The position numbers and the translations under genes were made by a program. A model generated the notes under the pieces. The model searched no databases, was not told where the DNA came from, and worked only from the letters and a program-made list of their open reading frames with translations. From NCBI RefSeq assembly GCF_002305855.1, contig NZ_CP022163.1, forward strand, positions 7,003,765 through 7,067,764: a stretch of 64,000 nucleotides of DNA. Direction: 5' to 3'. This stretch comes from Melittangium boletus DSM 14713. GTDB lineage: Bacteria; Myxococcota; Myxococcia; Myxococcales; Myxococcaceae. The stretch's first letter is position 1. Every line of letters begins with the position of its first letter. Below, piece by piece: positions 21,026 to 30,827 of this stretch.

Positions 21026-22261
21026 ATGAAGACCCAGCGCGATTACGAAGTCCTGACGAACGAGGCGGGTGGGGTGCCCATCAAGGCGTGGACGGTGGGG
21101 GTGCCGTTCGAGGACGAGGCCAAGAAGCAGCTCCGGGCCATGGCGACCCTGCCCTTCGTCCACAAGTGGGTGGCGGCGATGCCGGACGTGCACCGGGGCT
21201 TCGGTGCGACGGTGGGGAGCGTGGTGGCGACCGCGGGCGCGGTGATTCCCGCCGCGGTGGGCGTGGACATCGGCTGCGGGATGATCGCCGTGCGCACCAC
21301 GCTGCGCGCGGAGCAGTTGCCGGACTCGCTCGCCGGGGTGCGCTCGGCCATCGAGCGCACGGTGCCTCATGGCCGGACGGATAACGGCGGCCGCAACGAC
21401 AAGGGCGCCTGGCGCGAGGCCCCCGCTGCCCACCAGGAGGCCTGGGCCCGGCTGAAGCCCGGCTATGACGCCATCCTCGAGAAGCACCCGCGCCTGGGCC
21501 GTGGCCCGGACCTGGGTCACCTCGGGACGCTCGGGACGGGAAACCACTTCATCGAGGTGTGCCTGGATGAGGCCGGCCACGTGTGGGTGATGTTGCACAG
21601 TGGTTCGCGCGGTGTGGGCAACCGCATCGGAAGCCACTTCATCGAGCTGGCGAAGGAGGAGATGAGCCGCTTCTTCATCCACCTGCCGGAGCGGGATCTG
21701 GCGTACCTGCCCGAGGGGACGGTGCACTTCCAGGACTACCTGCACGCGGTGAGCTGGGCGCAGGACTACGCGGCCACCAATCGCGAGCTGATGATGCGCT
21801 CGGCGGTGGAGGCGTTGAAGGCGAGCGGGGAGCTGCCGGAGTTCTCGCTCACCGACGCGGCGGTGAACTGCCACCACAACTACGTGTCGCGCGAGCACCA
21901 CTACGGAAAGAACGTGCTCGTGACGCGCAAGGGGGCGGTGCGGGCGCGGGAAGGGGACCTGGGAATCATCCCCGGCAGCATGGGGGCGCGCTCGTACATC
22001 GTGCGCGGAAAGGGAAACCCGGAGTCCTTCCATTCGTGCAGCCACGGCGCGGGCCGGGTGATGTCGCGCGAGGCCGCCAAGCGGCACTTCTCGCTGGAGG
22101 ACCACGCCCGGGCGACGGCGGGCATCGAGTGCCGCAAGGACGCGGACGTCATCGACGAGACGCCCGGGGCCTACAAGCCCATCGATGCGGTGATGGCGGC
22201 GCAGGCGGGGCTGGTCGACATCGTTCATACCCTGCGCCAGGTGGTGTGCGTGAAGGGGTGA
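21026..22261 (+). CDS. rtcB: RNA-splicing ligase RtcB
   Basis: 'DIGCGM', 'GTGNHFIE', 'MLHSGSRGVGNRIGSHF', 'NCHHNY', 'HSCSHGAGR'. ATG 21026 with GGGAG RBS. Confidence 0.9.
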   Translation: MKTQRDYEVLTNEAGGVPIKAWTVGVPFEDEAKKQLRAMATLPFVHKWVAAMPDVHRGFGATVGSVVATAGAVIPAAVGVDIGCGMIAVRTTLRAEQLPDSLAGVRSAIERTVPHGRTDNGGRNDKGAWREAPAAHQEAWARLKPGYDAILEKHPRLGRGPDLGHLGTLGTGNHFIEVCLDEAGHVWVMLHSGSRGVGNRIGSHFIELAKEEMSRFFIHLPERDLAYLPEGTVHFQDYLHAVSWAQDYAATNRELMMRSAVEALKASGELPEFSLTDAAVNCHHNYVSREHHYGKNVLVTRKGAVRAREGDLGIIPGSMGARSYIVRGKGNPESFHSCSHGAGRVMSREAAKRHFSLEDHARATAGIECRKDADVIDETPGAYKPIDAVMAAQAGLVDIVHTLRQVVCVKG

Positions 22262-22410
22262 GCGGAGTGTGCCTGGAACCCTGACCCGGGAGGACGCCAT
22301 GAGGGGATAAAGACATCGAGACGCCCGCTCCCTCCGAGACTTCGGTCAGTAGGATGGGGGAGCGGGCGTCGCTACGTGCGGGCAAGGGGATTCACAGGGA
22401 GGGAGACGAC

Positions 22411-23427
22411 ATGGTTCGCATCGATGGTTCGAAGGGAGAGGGGGGCGGGCAGGTCCTGCGCACGTCGCTGGCGCTGTCGCTGGTGACGGGGACGCCGTTC
22501 CAGATGGAGAACATCCGCGCGGGGCGCTCCAAGCCGGGACTGTTGCGCCAGCACCTGACGTCGGTGAAGGCGGCGGCGGCCGTGGGCGGGGCGGAGGTGG
22601 AGGGCGCGGAGCTGCATTCCCGGACGCTGACGTTCCGGCCCCGGAGCGTGAAGCCGGGGGACTACCACTTCGCGGTGGGCACGGCGGGGAGCGCCACGCT
22701 GGTGTTGCAGACGGTGCTGCCGGCGCTCCTGAGCGCGAGCGGGCCGTCCACGCTGGTGCTGGAGGGCGGGACGCACAACCCGGCGGCGCCGCCGTTCGAC
22801 TTCCTGACGAAGGCGTACCTGCCGCTGGTGCGGAAGATGGGGCCGGTGGTGGAGGCGTCGCTGGAGCGGCCCGGGTTCTTTCCCGCGGGGGGAGGGAAGT
22901 TCCGCGTGAGTGTGCGGCCCGCGCCGCTCGAGCCCCTGCACCTGTTGGAGCGGGGGAAGGTGGTGCGCCGGCTGGCCACGGCGATGGTGGCGCAGGTGCC
23001 GTTCGACGTGGCTCAGCGGGAGCTGACGACGGTGGGGCGCACGCTCGGGTGGAGCGCGGAGGAGCGCCGGGTGGAGGAGGTGAAGCGCTCGGCGGGACCG
23101 GGAAACGTATTGTCGCTGGAGGTGGAGAGCGAGCACGTCACCGAGGTGTTCACGGGCTTCGGGGAGCGGGGTGTGCGGGCGGAGGCGGTCGCCGAGGCGG
23201 TGGCGGAGGAGGCCCGGGTCTACCTGGAGGCCGAGGTGCCCGTGGGCCCGCACCTGTGTGATCAGCTGTTGCTCCTGCTGGCCCTGGCCCGGGGAGGCTC
23301 GTTCCGGACGCTGCCCCTCGAGGGACATGCGCTCACCCAGATGGAGACGTTCGCGCACTTCACCGATGTGCGGGTCACCGAGACCCCCATCGCCCCCCGG
23401 GTGAGGGAAATCGTGGTGCGCGGTTGA
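22411..23427 (+). CDS. rtcA: RNA 3'-terminal phosphate cyclase RtcA
   Basis: 'IDGSKGEGGGQVLRTSLALSLVTGTPF...AVGTAGSATLVLQTVLPAL...HLCDQLLL' is typical of RtcA. The listed ORF begins earlier, at a spurious in-frame ATG. Confidence 0.85.
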   Translation: MVRIDGSKGEGGGQVLRTSLALSLVTGTPFQMENIRAGRSKPGLLRQHLTSVKAAAAVGGAEVEGAELHSRTLTFRPRSVKPGDYHFAVGTAGSATLVLQTVLPALLSASGPSTLVLEGGTHNPAAPPFDFLTKAYLPLVRKMGPVVEASLERPGFFPAGGGKFRVSVRPAPLEPLHLLERGKVVRRLATAMVAQVPFDVAQRELTTVGRTLGWSAEERRVEEVKRSAGPGNVLSLEVESEHVTEVFTGFGERGVRAEAVAEAVAEEARVYLEAEVPVGPHLCDQLLLLLALARGGSFRTLPLEGHALTQMETFAHFTDVRVTETPIAPRVREIVVRG

Positions 23428-23663
23428 TGGCGGGCTTCACCGAGGAGCAGTTGAACGCCGCGCTGCGTCGCGCGAGCGAGGAGCTGGGCTTTCCCTCCTA
23501 TTATGAGGCGTGTGTCCGGCCCCTCGTGCGTGACCCCGAGGGCCATTGGCCCCGCTGCTGCGGCGGGGGGTGTGATCCCTGTGCCCAGAGGCTCATCCAG
23601 GTGGCGCTGAGAACGCTGGAACTCCTGGGCACGCCCCGCGTGGCCCCCCTGCCGGAGGGGTGA
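23427..23663 (+). CDS. Small oxidoreductase-like-domain protein (CCGGGCDPC motif)
   Basis: 78 aa. Its ATG overlaps the rtcA stop (TGATG). Good GC3 codon usage. 'PRCCGGGCDPCAQRL' resembles the Oxidored-like (PF09791) C-C-G-x-G-C-x-x-C signature. Confidence 0.5.
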   Translation: MAGFTEEQLNAALRRASEELGFPSYYEACVRPLVRDPEGHWPRCCGGGCDPCAQRLIQVALRTLELLGTPRVAPLPEG

Positions 23664-23667
23664 AGGA

Positions 23668-25695
23668 CTACGGGGAGGCGGGAGCGGTGGACACCTTGGG
23701 CAGATCCAGTGCGGGATTGCGTGAGAAGAAGCCCATGGGCAGCAGCTTGAAGCCCGCGTGCGCCACGGGCATGACCGGCCACTCCTCGGGGCGCGGTGTG
23801 TGGGTTACCCCGAGCGTATACCAGACCACCACGTCCTCGTTGACCAAGGGCTGGTTGTCTCGCACCCAGGTGGGCAGCCCGTCGCCCCCCTCGCTCTGAT
23901 TGGGATAGGCACCGGCGGCATACAGCTCCCCGGGGACATGGCGCGTGGCCCAGAAGTGGTGATCGATGAAGCCCGCGCGCTTGCGCGACACGTTCTCGGG
24001 CGCGGCGAAGGGCACGGTGTTCTCTCCTGGCACGAGCACATAGCCCGTGGGACCGCCCAACGCGTTGCGCTCCTGGGGGTTCTGGATCACCCACCGCCGG
24101 GCATTCACCAGGCTCATGTCCCGCTGGGACTGGGCCTCGCTCGCGAGCGGTTCCATGCGCATGGTGAAGGCATTTCCCGCGGGGTTGGCCGCTCCTCGTG
24201 GCAGGGGATGGGTGTTCATCTCCAGGATGGAGTTGCGAGGCCCATCCACGTCGAAGTCGAGCCGGAAGTTGAAGAAATGCTGGTGATGGACCGCGATCAC
24301 GTCCTTCTGCACCAGGTGACCGTACAGCTCATGCTCGGCGTGCTCGGACTGGGGAGTCATGCCCTTGGCCAGCATGATGCCCGTCAGTTGGACGTCGACA
24401 TCGATCGAGCCATCTTGTTTGAAGATGTAATAGAGGACGTAGTCATAGTTGGCGACCGCGACCCCGTACGCCACCACCAGCTCACTCCCCCGCCGGGACT
24501 CGTTGCGCTTCGTCTCGTAGTCGTAATGCTTCCACAGGATGCCGCCGTCGCGCTCATAGAGGGCGAGCGCACGAGGGATTTCGGAGACCTCGCCGGAGTT
24601 CTTGGCCTGGGCCGCCGGGAGGAAGGTGGCGCTGGCGGGGACGTCCACGCCGGGCTCGAGCGGGCTGAGATAGTTCCCAAAGCCATACTCTCCCACGTCG
24701 AAGGCGCTCCTCCAGGACCAGGTGTCCTCGGGATCTCCATAGGGAACCACCATCTCGGAGAGGGAGAGCCGGTGGAGGATCTTCCGCTCCCGGCCCTGGT
24801 CCGTATAGGTGACCTGGTGGAGCACCGCGCCCTCTCGCGGGTGGGCTTCCACGCGGAAGCGCCAATTCTGCCAGCGCACTTCATTTCCTGTCAGGGTGTA
24901 GTTCACGCCCTCCGGGTGGGTCACGACAACGGGGTGTGGACGGGGGCGAAGCACCCCCACGGACGCCTCGTCATAAGCCCCCGCGTCCTGGGGAATCGGA
25001 ATGTCCCCCCGGTCGATGACCTCCACTACCTCGCGCTTCGTGAGATCCAGGAGCGCGAGCACGCCCTCCACGGGCCGAGCGTAGGCATTGCCACTGTCTC
25101 CCTTGAAGAAGGGAAAGATCCTCATCAGGCGGTGATCCGCGCGCTGAGGATCCAGGGAGGGTCCCGGCGCCCAGGTGTCCAGATGGATGTGCTCGGGGTG
25201 GGTCACGCCCCGCCGCTGCATGGCGGCTCGCCAGCGCTCATCCTGCCACACCAGCTCCTTACCCAATTCCTTGTCCCGAGTGCCCAGGGACGGCTGCACA
25301 CCGGGAACCTGATTCCAGCTTTCCACGGCCGTGGGAGGCGTCAGCCGGACGCGCGCCTCGAAGGTCAGGTTGCGCGCGAAGTCATAGACCACCACGAAGG
25401 CGCGGCGCGCAACGGGAGTCCCCGCCGCGAAGGCATCCAATTCCTCCTTGGAGGGCTCCCACGGCGAGACCAGGGGAAACACACTGTTCTCATTCACGTG
25501 CCCCTGCTCGCGCAGGAGCTGGATCGCCTGGGCGTACTCCGCCACCGTGAACGCATCCAACGGGTGGGGTGAAGGAGCCGGTTGCGTGGAGGATTCACCC
25601 TCCGGTGGCGCCACCGGCTCGGGTTTCTTGGCACACGAGAGGCTCGAGAGGGTCAATAGACCCGAGAGCAGGACGCACCGCGTCAGTGAATACAT
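23668..25695 (-). CDS. Copper amine oxidase (TPQ-containing primary-amine oxidase), lipoprotein
   Basis: 675 aa. Lipobox 'LLTLSSLSCAKK'. TPQ consensus 'VANYDYVLYY' (N-Y-D/E-Y). Copper-ligand His residues ('HHQHFFNFRLDFDVDG', 'VTHTPRPEEWPVMP'). Confidence 0.85.
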   Translation of the reverse strand: MYSLTRCVLLSGLLTLSSLSCAKKPEPVAPPEGESSTQPAPSPHPLDAFTVAEYAQAIQLLREQGHVNENSVFPLVSPWEPSKEELDAFAAGTPVARRAFVVVYDFARNLTFEARVRLTPPTAVESWNQVPGVQPSLGTRDKELGKELVWQDERWRAAMQRRGVTHPEHIHLDTWAPGPSLDPQRADHRLMRIFPFFKGDSGNAYARPVEGVLALLDLTKREVVEVIDRGDIPIPQDAGAYDEASVGVLRPRPHPVVVTHPEGVNYTLTGNEVRWQNWRFRVEAHPREGAVLHQVTYTDQGRERKILHRLSLSEMVVPYGDPEDTWSWRSAFDVGEYGFGNYLSPLEPGVDVPASATFLPAAQAKNSGEVSEIPRALALYERDGGILWKHYDYETKRNESRRGSELVVAYGVAVANYDYVLYYIFKQDGSIDVDVQLTGIMLAKGMTPQSEHAEHELYGHLVQKDVIAVHHQHFFNFRLDFDVDGPRNSILEMNTHPLPRGAANPAGNAFTMRMEPLASEAQSQRDMSLVNARRWVIQNPQERNALGGPTGYVLVPGENTVPFAAPENVSRKRAGFIDHHFWATRHVPGELYAAGAYPNQSEGGDGLPTWVRDNQPLVNEDVVVWYTLGVTHTPRPEEWPVMPVAHAGFKLLPMGFFSRNPALDLPKVSTAPASP

Positions 25696-25843
25696 ATCTT
25701 TGGATGTCTCCCAAGCACTTCATCCGCATCACAGCCGGTGCATCTCACACGCCGCCGCGGCACGAACCATCACGCGAACGGCATCTGATGACTGTCATGA
25801 CAATCGAGGTGCCCAGGCGTCCGGCGCCGAACGGTGGGGCCCT

Positions 25844-26539
25844 TCAGAAGAGGCGCATGCCCAGGCCCAGCCGCAGCCCGTAGCCCAATTGAGTCTGGGT
25901 CAGCCGGCTCGCGCCCTGGAACACGTCCACACCCAATTGGCCCAGCAGGGACAGCGTGAGGTCTTCCCCGATGTAGATTTCCGCGCCAGCTCCCGCCAGG
26001 GGCTTCACCCGCCAGTGGCTGCTCGTGCTCAGGCCCTGGTCGTAGGCGACCTCCACCTGCCCCAGCGCCGTCACCGTCTCCGTCACCTGGTACGTCCCCA
26101 CCAGCGCGGGGTTGATGCGCAGGAACCATCCGCGCACGTTCTGGGTGTCGAAGTACCGGCTGCCCGGGTTGGCCGTCACGCCCACGCCCAGCTCCGGCGC
26201 CAACGTCCACGCCCCGTCCGTCCAGACCCGCAGTCGCGTCGTCACCTCGGCCGTCGTCGCCAGCCGCAGATAGTCGAACCGCGCCCGGGCGCCGATCTCC
26301 CAGCCGGGCAAAAGTCCCTGCCGGTACGCCACGCCCAGCTCCGGAACGCCCACCCACCCGGAGATCGCCGAGCCCCCCTCCGGCAGGGTCGCGGGGGCCA
26401 CCATCGCCCCGATGTCCTCGTGCCGGTCCACCGCCGCCACCTGCTCCGTCACCGGCGCGCTCTTCGTCTCCTGGGCCGCCGCCACCCGCGCCAGCGCCAC
26501 CCACGGCACCACCACCCACGTCCGCATCGATCGCTTCAT
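25844..26539 (-). CDS. Predicted outer-membrane beta-barrel protein
   Basis: Signal peptide 'MKRSMRTWVVVPWVALARVAAAQE'. Alternating amphipathic strands. C-terminal 'GLGMRLF' ends in Phe. Confidence 0.5.
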   Translation of the reverse strand: MKRSMRTWVVVPWVALARVAAAQETKSAPVTEQVAAVDRHEDIGAMVAPATLPEGGSAISGWVGVPELGVAYRQGLLPGWEIGARARFDYLRLATTAEVTTRLRVWTDGAWTLAPELGVGVTANPGSRYFDTQNVRGWFLRINPALVGTYQVTETVTALGQVEVAYDQGLSTSSHWRVKPLAGAGAEIYIGEDLTLSLLGQLGVDVFQGASRLTQTQLGYGLRLGLGMRLF

Positions 26540-26754
26540 AGGGCCCTGCACTCTGGCTCGGGCCTCCGCGTCCGTCGAGCGCTTCTTCCTCGCCGTTCTG
26601 CCAGGTAGCCAACAAATTCAGGGAGTTGGCTCCCAGGGGGCACATATTTCCCGGCTCTTGCGTGGCCTGCTTCTGTTTCCTGCTAGTCTAGCTTTCTAGG
26701 AACACGGTTCAGTGCTCGACGCGGTCGCGATCTTTCCTGATACAGGAGTGTTTC

Positions 26755-27873
26755 ATGGTTTCCAGCACGACCTTCGCCACCGTCCTCGAGCCGGCTCCGT
26801 CGTGTGCCTCCGCGGATGTCAGTCCCCGGCGGCGTTCCTGCCGGACCCGCCCGCGCGTGCTGCTCGTCGAGTCCCAGCCCGAGGTGCGTGACGCACTTGC
26901 TCAGGCGCTGGTGGGGGCGGGGTTCGAAGTGCTCGCCGCCTCGGCGATCGAGGCCGTGCTCGAGGCGCTGGGCGAGAACTGCGCGCTGCCGCACCTGGTG
27001 TTCGCCCCCGCTGAGTCCTCCCAGGGAGGGATGGACGGCGCGGCCCTGTGCGAGCGGCTGCGCGCCGATGCCCGGACGGCGCATCTGCCGGTGTACCTGC
27101 TCGCGTCCCAGGACTCGCCCGCGCTGCGGGAGCGGGTTGACGCGGTGCGTGCGGATGACCTGCTCGTGCAGCCCGTTTCGCCGCGCGTGGTGGTGTCGCT
27201 CGCGCGCCTCAAGGCGGGCCGGGGAGCCTTCGCGTCCGCCTACGAGGCGCATACCGTCCGCATGCCCCTGGCCCAGGTCGTTCACGCGCTGTTGCACGGC
27301 TCGCGCGCGGGTCGTGTGGAACTGCGCGACAATGCCGGCTGGCTCACCTTCCGCCAGGGGCACGTGGTGGACGCGTCCTTCGAGGGGGAGCGGGGGCTCG
27401 TCGCCATCCGTCGGCTGCTCTTCTTCGGCTCGGGTGCCTACGCGGTGTCCTTCGGGGAGGAACTGGCGGACGGCAAGCTGTTGCTCAACTCGCGCATCTA
27501 CGACTCGCTGCTGCTGCCGGCCGCCGAGCGCTTCCTGGCGCTGTGCGCGCTGGGCATCCCCCTGTCCGCCCGCCTGACGGTGGACTTCAAGCGGCTGGCG
27601 GACGCGCTGCGCTCGCTGCCCGATGACGTGGGCCAGGTCATCCGGCTGTGCGACGGGCACCGCAGCGTGCACACGGCTCTCCTGGAGTGTGCCCTGCCCG
27701 AGGTCACCACCCTGGAGGTGCTGACGTGCCTGTACGCGCAGGGGGTGCTGGTGCCGGCCAACTTCATCGCCGAGCGCGAGCCGACGCCCCAGCACGTGCC
27801 GCGCTTCTTCGAGCCGGTGCTCGAGGAGTCCGAGGAGCCCTTCGCCGACGCGTTCGCGGCCACGGGTTCCTGA
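26755..27873 (+). CDS. Response-regulator receiver domain protein with C-terminal DUF4388 (PATAN-like) domain
   Basis: 'RVLLVESQPEVRDALAQALVGAGFEVLAASAIEAV' is a REC domain (phospho-acceptor Asp region 'LVFAPAESS'). The C-terminal part resembles DUF4388. Confidence 0.65.
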   Translation: MVSSTTFATVLEPAPSCASADVSPRRRSCRTRPRVLLVESQPEVRDALAQALVGAGFEVLAASAIEAVLEALGENCALPHLVFAPAESSQGGMDGAALCERLRADARTAHLPVYLLASQDSPALRERVDAVRADDLLVQPVSPRVVVSLARLKAGRGAFASAYEAHTVRMPLAQVVHALLHGSRAGRVELRDNAGWLTFRQGHVVDASFEGERGLVAIRRLLFFGSGAYAVSFGEELADGKLLLNSRIYDSLLLPAAERFLALCALGIPLSARLTVDFKRLADALRSLPDDVGQVIRLCDGHRSVHTALLECALPEVTTLEVLTCLYAQGVLVPANFIAEREPTPQHVPRFFEPVLEESEEPFADAFAATGS

Positions 27874-27958
27874 GCGGCACGGGCCGTTCTGCGGGTTTGA
27901 CTCCGCCGGGCCACTGGGAGAGAAGGCGCGAGCACTCGCCTCCAGGAGCGCTACTGCC

Positions 27959-28708
27959 ATGTCCGGTCACAATCGATGGTCGAAGCTCAAGCGGGCCAAC
28001 GCCATCATGGGCAAGACCAAGGGCAAGCTCTACTCCAAGCTCATCAAGGAGATGACGGTCGCGGCGCGCCTGGGCGGAGGCAACCCGGACGGCAATGCCC
28101 GTCTGCGCGTGGCCATCGCCGCGGCGCGCGAGGCCAACATGCCCAACGACAACATCCAACGAGCCATCAAGAAGGGCACGGGGGAGTTGGAGGGCGAGAG
28201 CTACGAGGAAATCGTCTACGAGGGCTATGGCCCGGGCGGCGTGGCGGTGCTCGTGGAATGCCTCACCGACAACCGCAACCGCTCGGCGGCGGACGTGCGC
28301 TCCATGCTCGGCAAGGAGGGCGGCAACATGGGCGCGGAAGGCTCGGTGAACTGGATGTTCCACAAGAAGGGCGTCATCACCGTGAAGTCCGGCCCCACCG
28401 AGGAGCGGGTGATGACGGTGGCCCTGGACGCGGGCGCCGAGGACATCCTCGACCAGGGCGCCGAGGGCTTCGAGGTGCGCACCGCTCCGGCGGACCTGCA
28501 CGCGGTGGCGTCGGCCTTGGAGGGCGCGGGCCTCGTGCTCGGCGAGCAGAAGTGGACGTACATCCCCCAGAACACGGTGCGCCTGGAGGGAGACAATGCG
28601 AAGAAGATGCTCAAGCTGATGGAACTGCTCGAGGACAACGACGACGTGCAGAACGTCTACGCCAACTTCGAGATGGATGACGCGCTGTTGGAGTCGCTCT
28701 CGGGGTGA
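27959..28708 (+). CDS. yebC: YebC/PmpR-family transcriptional regulator
   Basis: 'MSGHNRWSKLKRANAIMGKTKGKLYSKLIKEMTVAARLGGGNPDGNARLR...' is full-length YebC. Confidence 0.9.
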   Translation: MSGHNRWSKLKRANAIMGKTKGKLYSKLIKEMTVAARLGGGNPDGNARLRVAIAAAREANMPNDNIQRAIKKGTGELEGESYEEIVYEGYGPGGVAVLVECLTDNRNRSAADVRSMLGKEGGNMGAEGSVNWMFHKKGVITVKSGPTEERVMTVALDAGAEDILDQGAEGFEVRTAPADLHAVASALEGAGLVLGEQKWTYIPQNTVRLEGDNAKKMLKLMELLEDNDDVQNVYANFEMDDALLESLSG

Positions 28709-28796
28709 GGGGGCGGGAACGGGCCCGTCGACACGAGGGGGGCCCGCGCGTTATAGGGCTCGCTGAACCCCTGTTCCGTTGTTCCTGGAGAGGCAT

Positions 28797-29366
28797 TTGC
28801 GCGTCCTCGGCATCGATCCTGGCAGCCGCTTCATGGGCTATGGCGTGGTGGAGGATCGGCGCGGGAAGCTCGTGCACGTGGGCCATGGCGTCATCAAGGT
28901 GGACCCCGAGGCCGCGCTGGAGTGGCGCCTGAAGGAACTGCATGACGCGCTGCTCACCGCGCTCAAGCTCCACCGGCCGGACGCGGTGGCGGTGGAAGGC
29001 GTGTTCACCTTCCGCAATGCCCGCAGCGCGCTCATCCTCGGGCATGCCCGCGGGGTGGCGCTCCTGGCGGCGGCCCAGGCGGGGTTGACCGTGTACGAGT
29101 ACGCCCCCGCCAAGGTGAAGCGCTCGGTGGGCGCGGGCGGCTCGGCGGACAAGGACGCGGTGGCGCGCATGGTGTGCACCTTCCTGGGGCTGGAGGAGTT
29201 GGAGCGCTCGGACGTGAGCGATGCGCTCGCGGTGGCGCTCTGCCACCTCAACCATGGCCGCGCGGGAGTCCCGGCCGCGGGCGGCTCGAAGGCCCGGGGC
29301 AAGTCGGCGCGGGCGCGGCTCGCGGACAAGCTGACGCCGTCCTACCGTCGGCCGGAGGCACGATGA
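28797..29366 (+). CDS. ruvC: Holliday junction resolvase RuvC
   Basis: 'LRVLGIDPGSRFMGYGVV' and 'VAVEGVFTFRNARSALILGHARG'. TTG start at 28797 with GGAGAGG RBS (ORF track begins at an upstream TTG). Confidence 0.85.
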   Translation: MRVLGIDPGSRFMGYGVVEDRRGKLVHVGHGVIKVDPEAALEWRLKELHDALLTALKLHRPDAVAVEGVFTFRNARSALILGHARGVALLAAAQAGLTVYEYAPAKVKRSVGAGGSADKDAVARMVCTFLGLEELERSDVSDALAVALCHLNHGRAGVPAAGGSKARGKSARARLADKLTPSYRRPEAR

Positions 29367-29974
29367 TCGCTTCACTGCGCGGCACCGTTCAGGAAAAGGG
29401 CCTCGACGAGGCCATTCTCGACGTGGGGGGCGTGGGCTACCGCGTCTTCTTTTCCACGCTGACGCTGGGGCGCCTGCCCGCCGAGGGCGAGGCCGTCCAG
29501 GTGCGCATCCGCACCGTGGTGCGCGAGGACGCCTTCGAGCTGTTCGGCTTCCTCACCCGCACGGAGGAAGAGCTCTTCCTGTTGCTCAACTCGGTGTCCC
29601 ACGTGGGGCCGAGGCTCGCGCTGGCGGTGCTCTCGGGCATGGAGGCGCCGGAGCTGGTGGCGGCGCTCGGCCGGGGCGAGGTGGCTCGCCTCACCAAGAT
29701 TCACGGTGTCGGCAAGAAGACCGCCGAGCGGCTGGTGCTGGAGCTCAAGGAGAAGGTGAAGACGCTGCACCTGGAGCAGGTGGCCACGCAGATGCAGCCC
29801 GAGGCGCCCGCCTCGAAGAACCTGGCCGACCTCATCTCCGCGCTCGTCAACCTGGGCTACAAGGTGCCCCAGGCGGAGAAGGCCGCGGCATCCGCCAGCG
29901 AGCGGCTGGGGGAGGAGGCCGCCTTCCAGGCGCTCTTCCGCGAGGCCCTCAAGATGTTGCGCGCCACGCCCTGA
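29363..29974 (+). CDS. ruvA: Holliday junction branch-migration protein RuvA
   Basis: 'MIASLRGTVQEKGLDEAILDVGGVGYRVFFS...LTKIHGVGKKTAERLVLELK'. ATG overlaps the ruvC stop (ATGA). Confidence 0.85.
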   Translation: MIASLRGTVQEKGLDEAILDVGGVGYRVFFSTLTLGRLPAEGEAVQVRIRTVVREDAFELFGFLTRTEEELFLLLNSVSHVGPRLALAVLSGMEAPELVAALGRGEVARLTKIHGVGKKTAERLVLELKEKVKTLHLEQVATQMQPEAPASKNLADLISALVNLGYKVPQAEKAAASASERLGEEAAFQALFREALKMLRATP

Positions 29975-29976
29975 AT

Positions 29977-30636
29977 TCAGAAGTGGGTGACGCGCACCTC
30001 GGGCTCCGGCGCGTCGTCCGGAACGCCCTCGCGCTTGCGCTGGCAGGCCGCGCAGCACTCCGCCCAGGGCACGAGCTGCAGGCGCTCCAGGGGAATGGCG
30101 CCCTGGCAGTCCTCACACCGGCCATAGGCGGAGGGATTCGTGCCGAGCTTGTTCAGGGCGGCGCGCACGCGGGGCAGGAGCACATCGTTGCGCTCCTCGC
30201 CGGACTCCGCCGCGTCCTGGAGCTGCTCGCGCTGCTCTTCGTCGATCGCCGACCAGACCCATTCCGGCGGTGGCTGGGCCGTGAGGATGTAGTGGAGGAC
30301 ATGCAGCTGGTGCTCGGCCTCGCGGCGCTGGGCGTCGCGGCGCAGGGCCTGCAGCTTCGGGTTCTCCATCATCCGCGACAGGCGCTTCTGCACGTCCCGC
30401 CGCATCCCCGCGTCCCGGGTGATGACGTCGATGTAGGCCTCCGGGGTGACGCCCCGGGGTTCGCAGATCTGCTGCAGGACGCGCTCGAAGATGGGCTCGA
30501 TGCCCGCGGTGGCGGCGGTGGAAATCCACGTGGTGGCGGAATTCAGCGCGTCGAGCGACGAGAGGACGGACTGGTGGATGTCCTTCCACTGCGGCGAAGG
30601 GCCTTCTGGAGAACCGGTCGTCATGCCTGGGGCCAT
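29977..30636 (-). CDS. DksA/TraR-family C4 zinc-finger protein (long form)
   Basis: C-terminal 'YGRCEDCQGAIPLERLQLVPWAECCAACQ' is the DksA/TraR C4 finger. ATG at 30636 (alternative at 30624). Confidence 0.6.
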   Translation of the reverse strand: MAPGMTTGSPEGPSPQWKDIHQSVLSSLDALNSATTWISTAATAGIEPIFERVLQQICEPRGVTPEAYIDVITRDAGMRRDVQKRLSRMMENPKLQALRRDAQRREAEHQLHVLHYILTAQPPPEWVWSAIDEEQREQLQDAAESGEERNDVLLPRVRAALNKLGTNPSAYGRCEDCQGAIPLERLQLVPWAECCAACQRKREGVPDDAPEPEVRVTHF

Positions 30637-30827
30637 ATAACCACAAGGGTGCCGGAAGACACACGGACCCTTGGCTGGAGGGGCCCGCTCTCTTGGTTGC
30701 TCATGGGTCGCACCAGGATGGCTCACGCCCGCGTCGGTTCGGAGCGGCCGGATGCTCCATTCTGGCCGCGCCCGAGCCCTTTCGGGACGGGGCCTCGGAG
30801 GGAGACGGGCCCGGCACGGGGCTCGCA

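Noticed and set aside
19366-22300. Long antisense/alternate-frame ORFs over rtcR and rtcB (19366..21384, 20972..22300)
   Set aside because: The opposite-strand genes carry complete AAA+ and RtcB motif sets. These ORFs have none.
22372-25572. ORFs 22372..23358 (-) and 23758..25572 (+)
   Set aside because: Antisense to rtcA and the copper amine oxidase.
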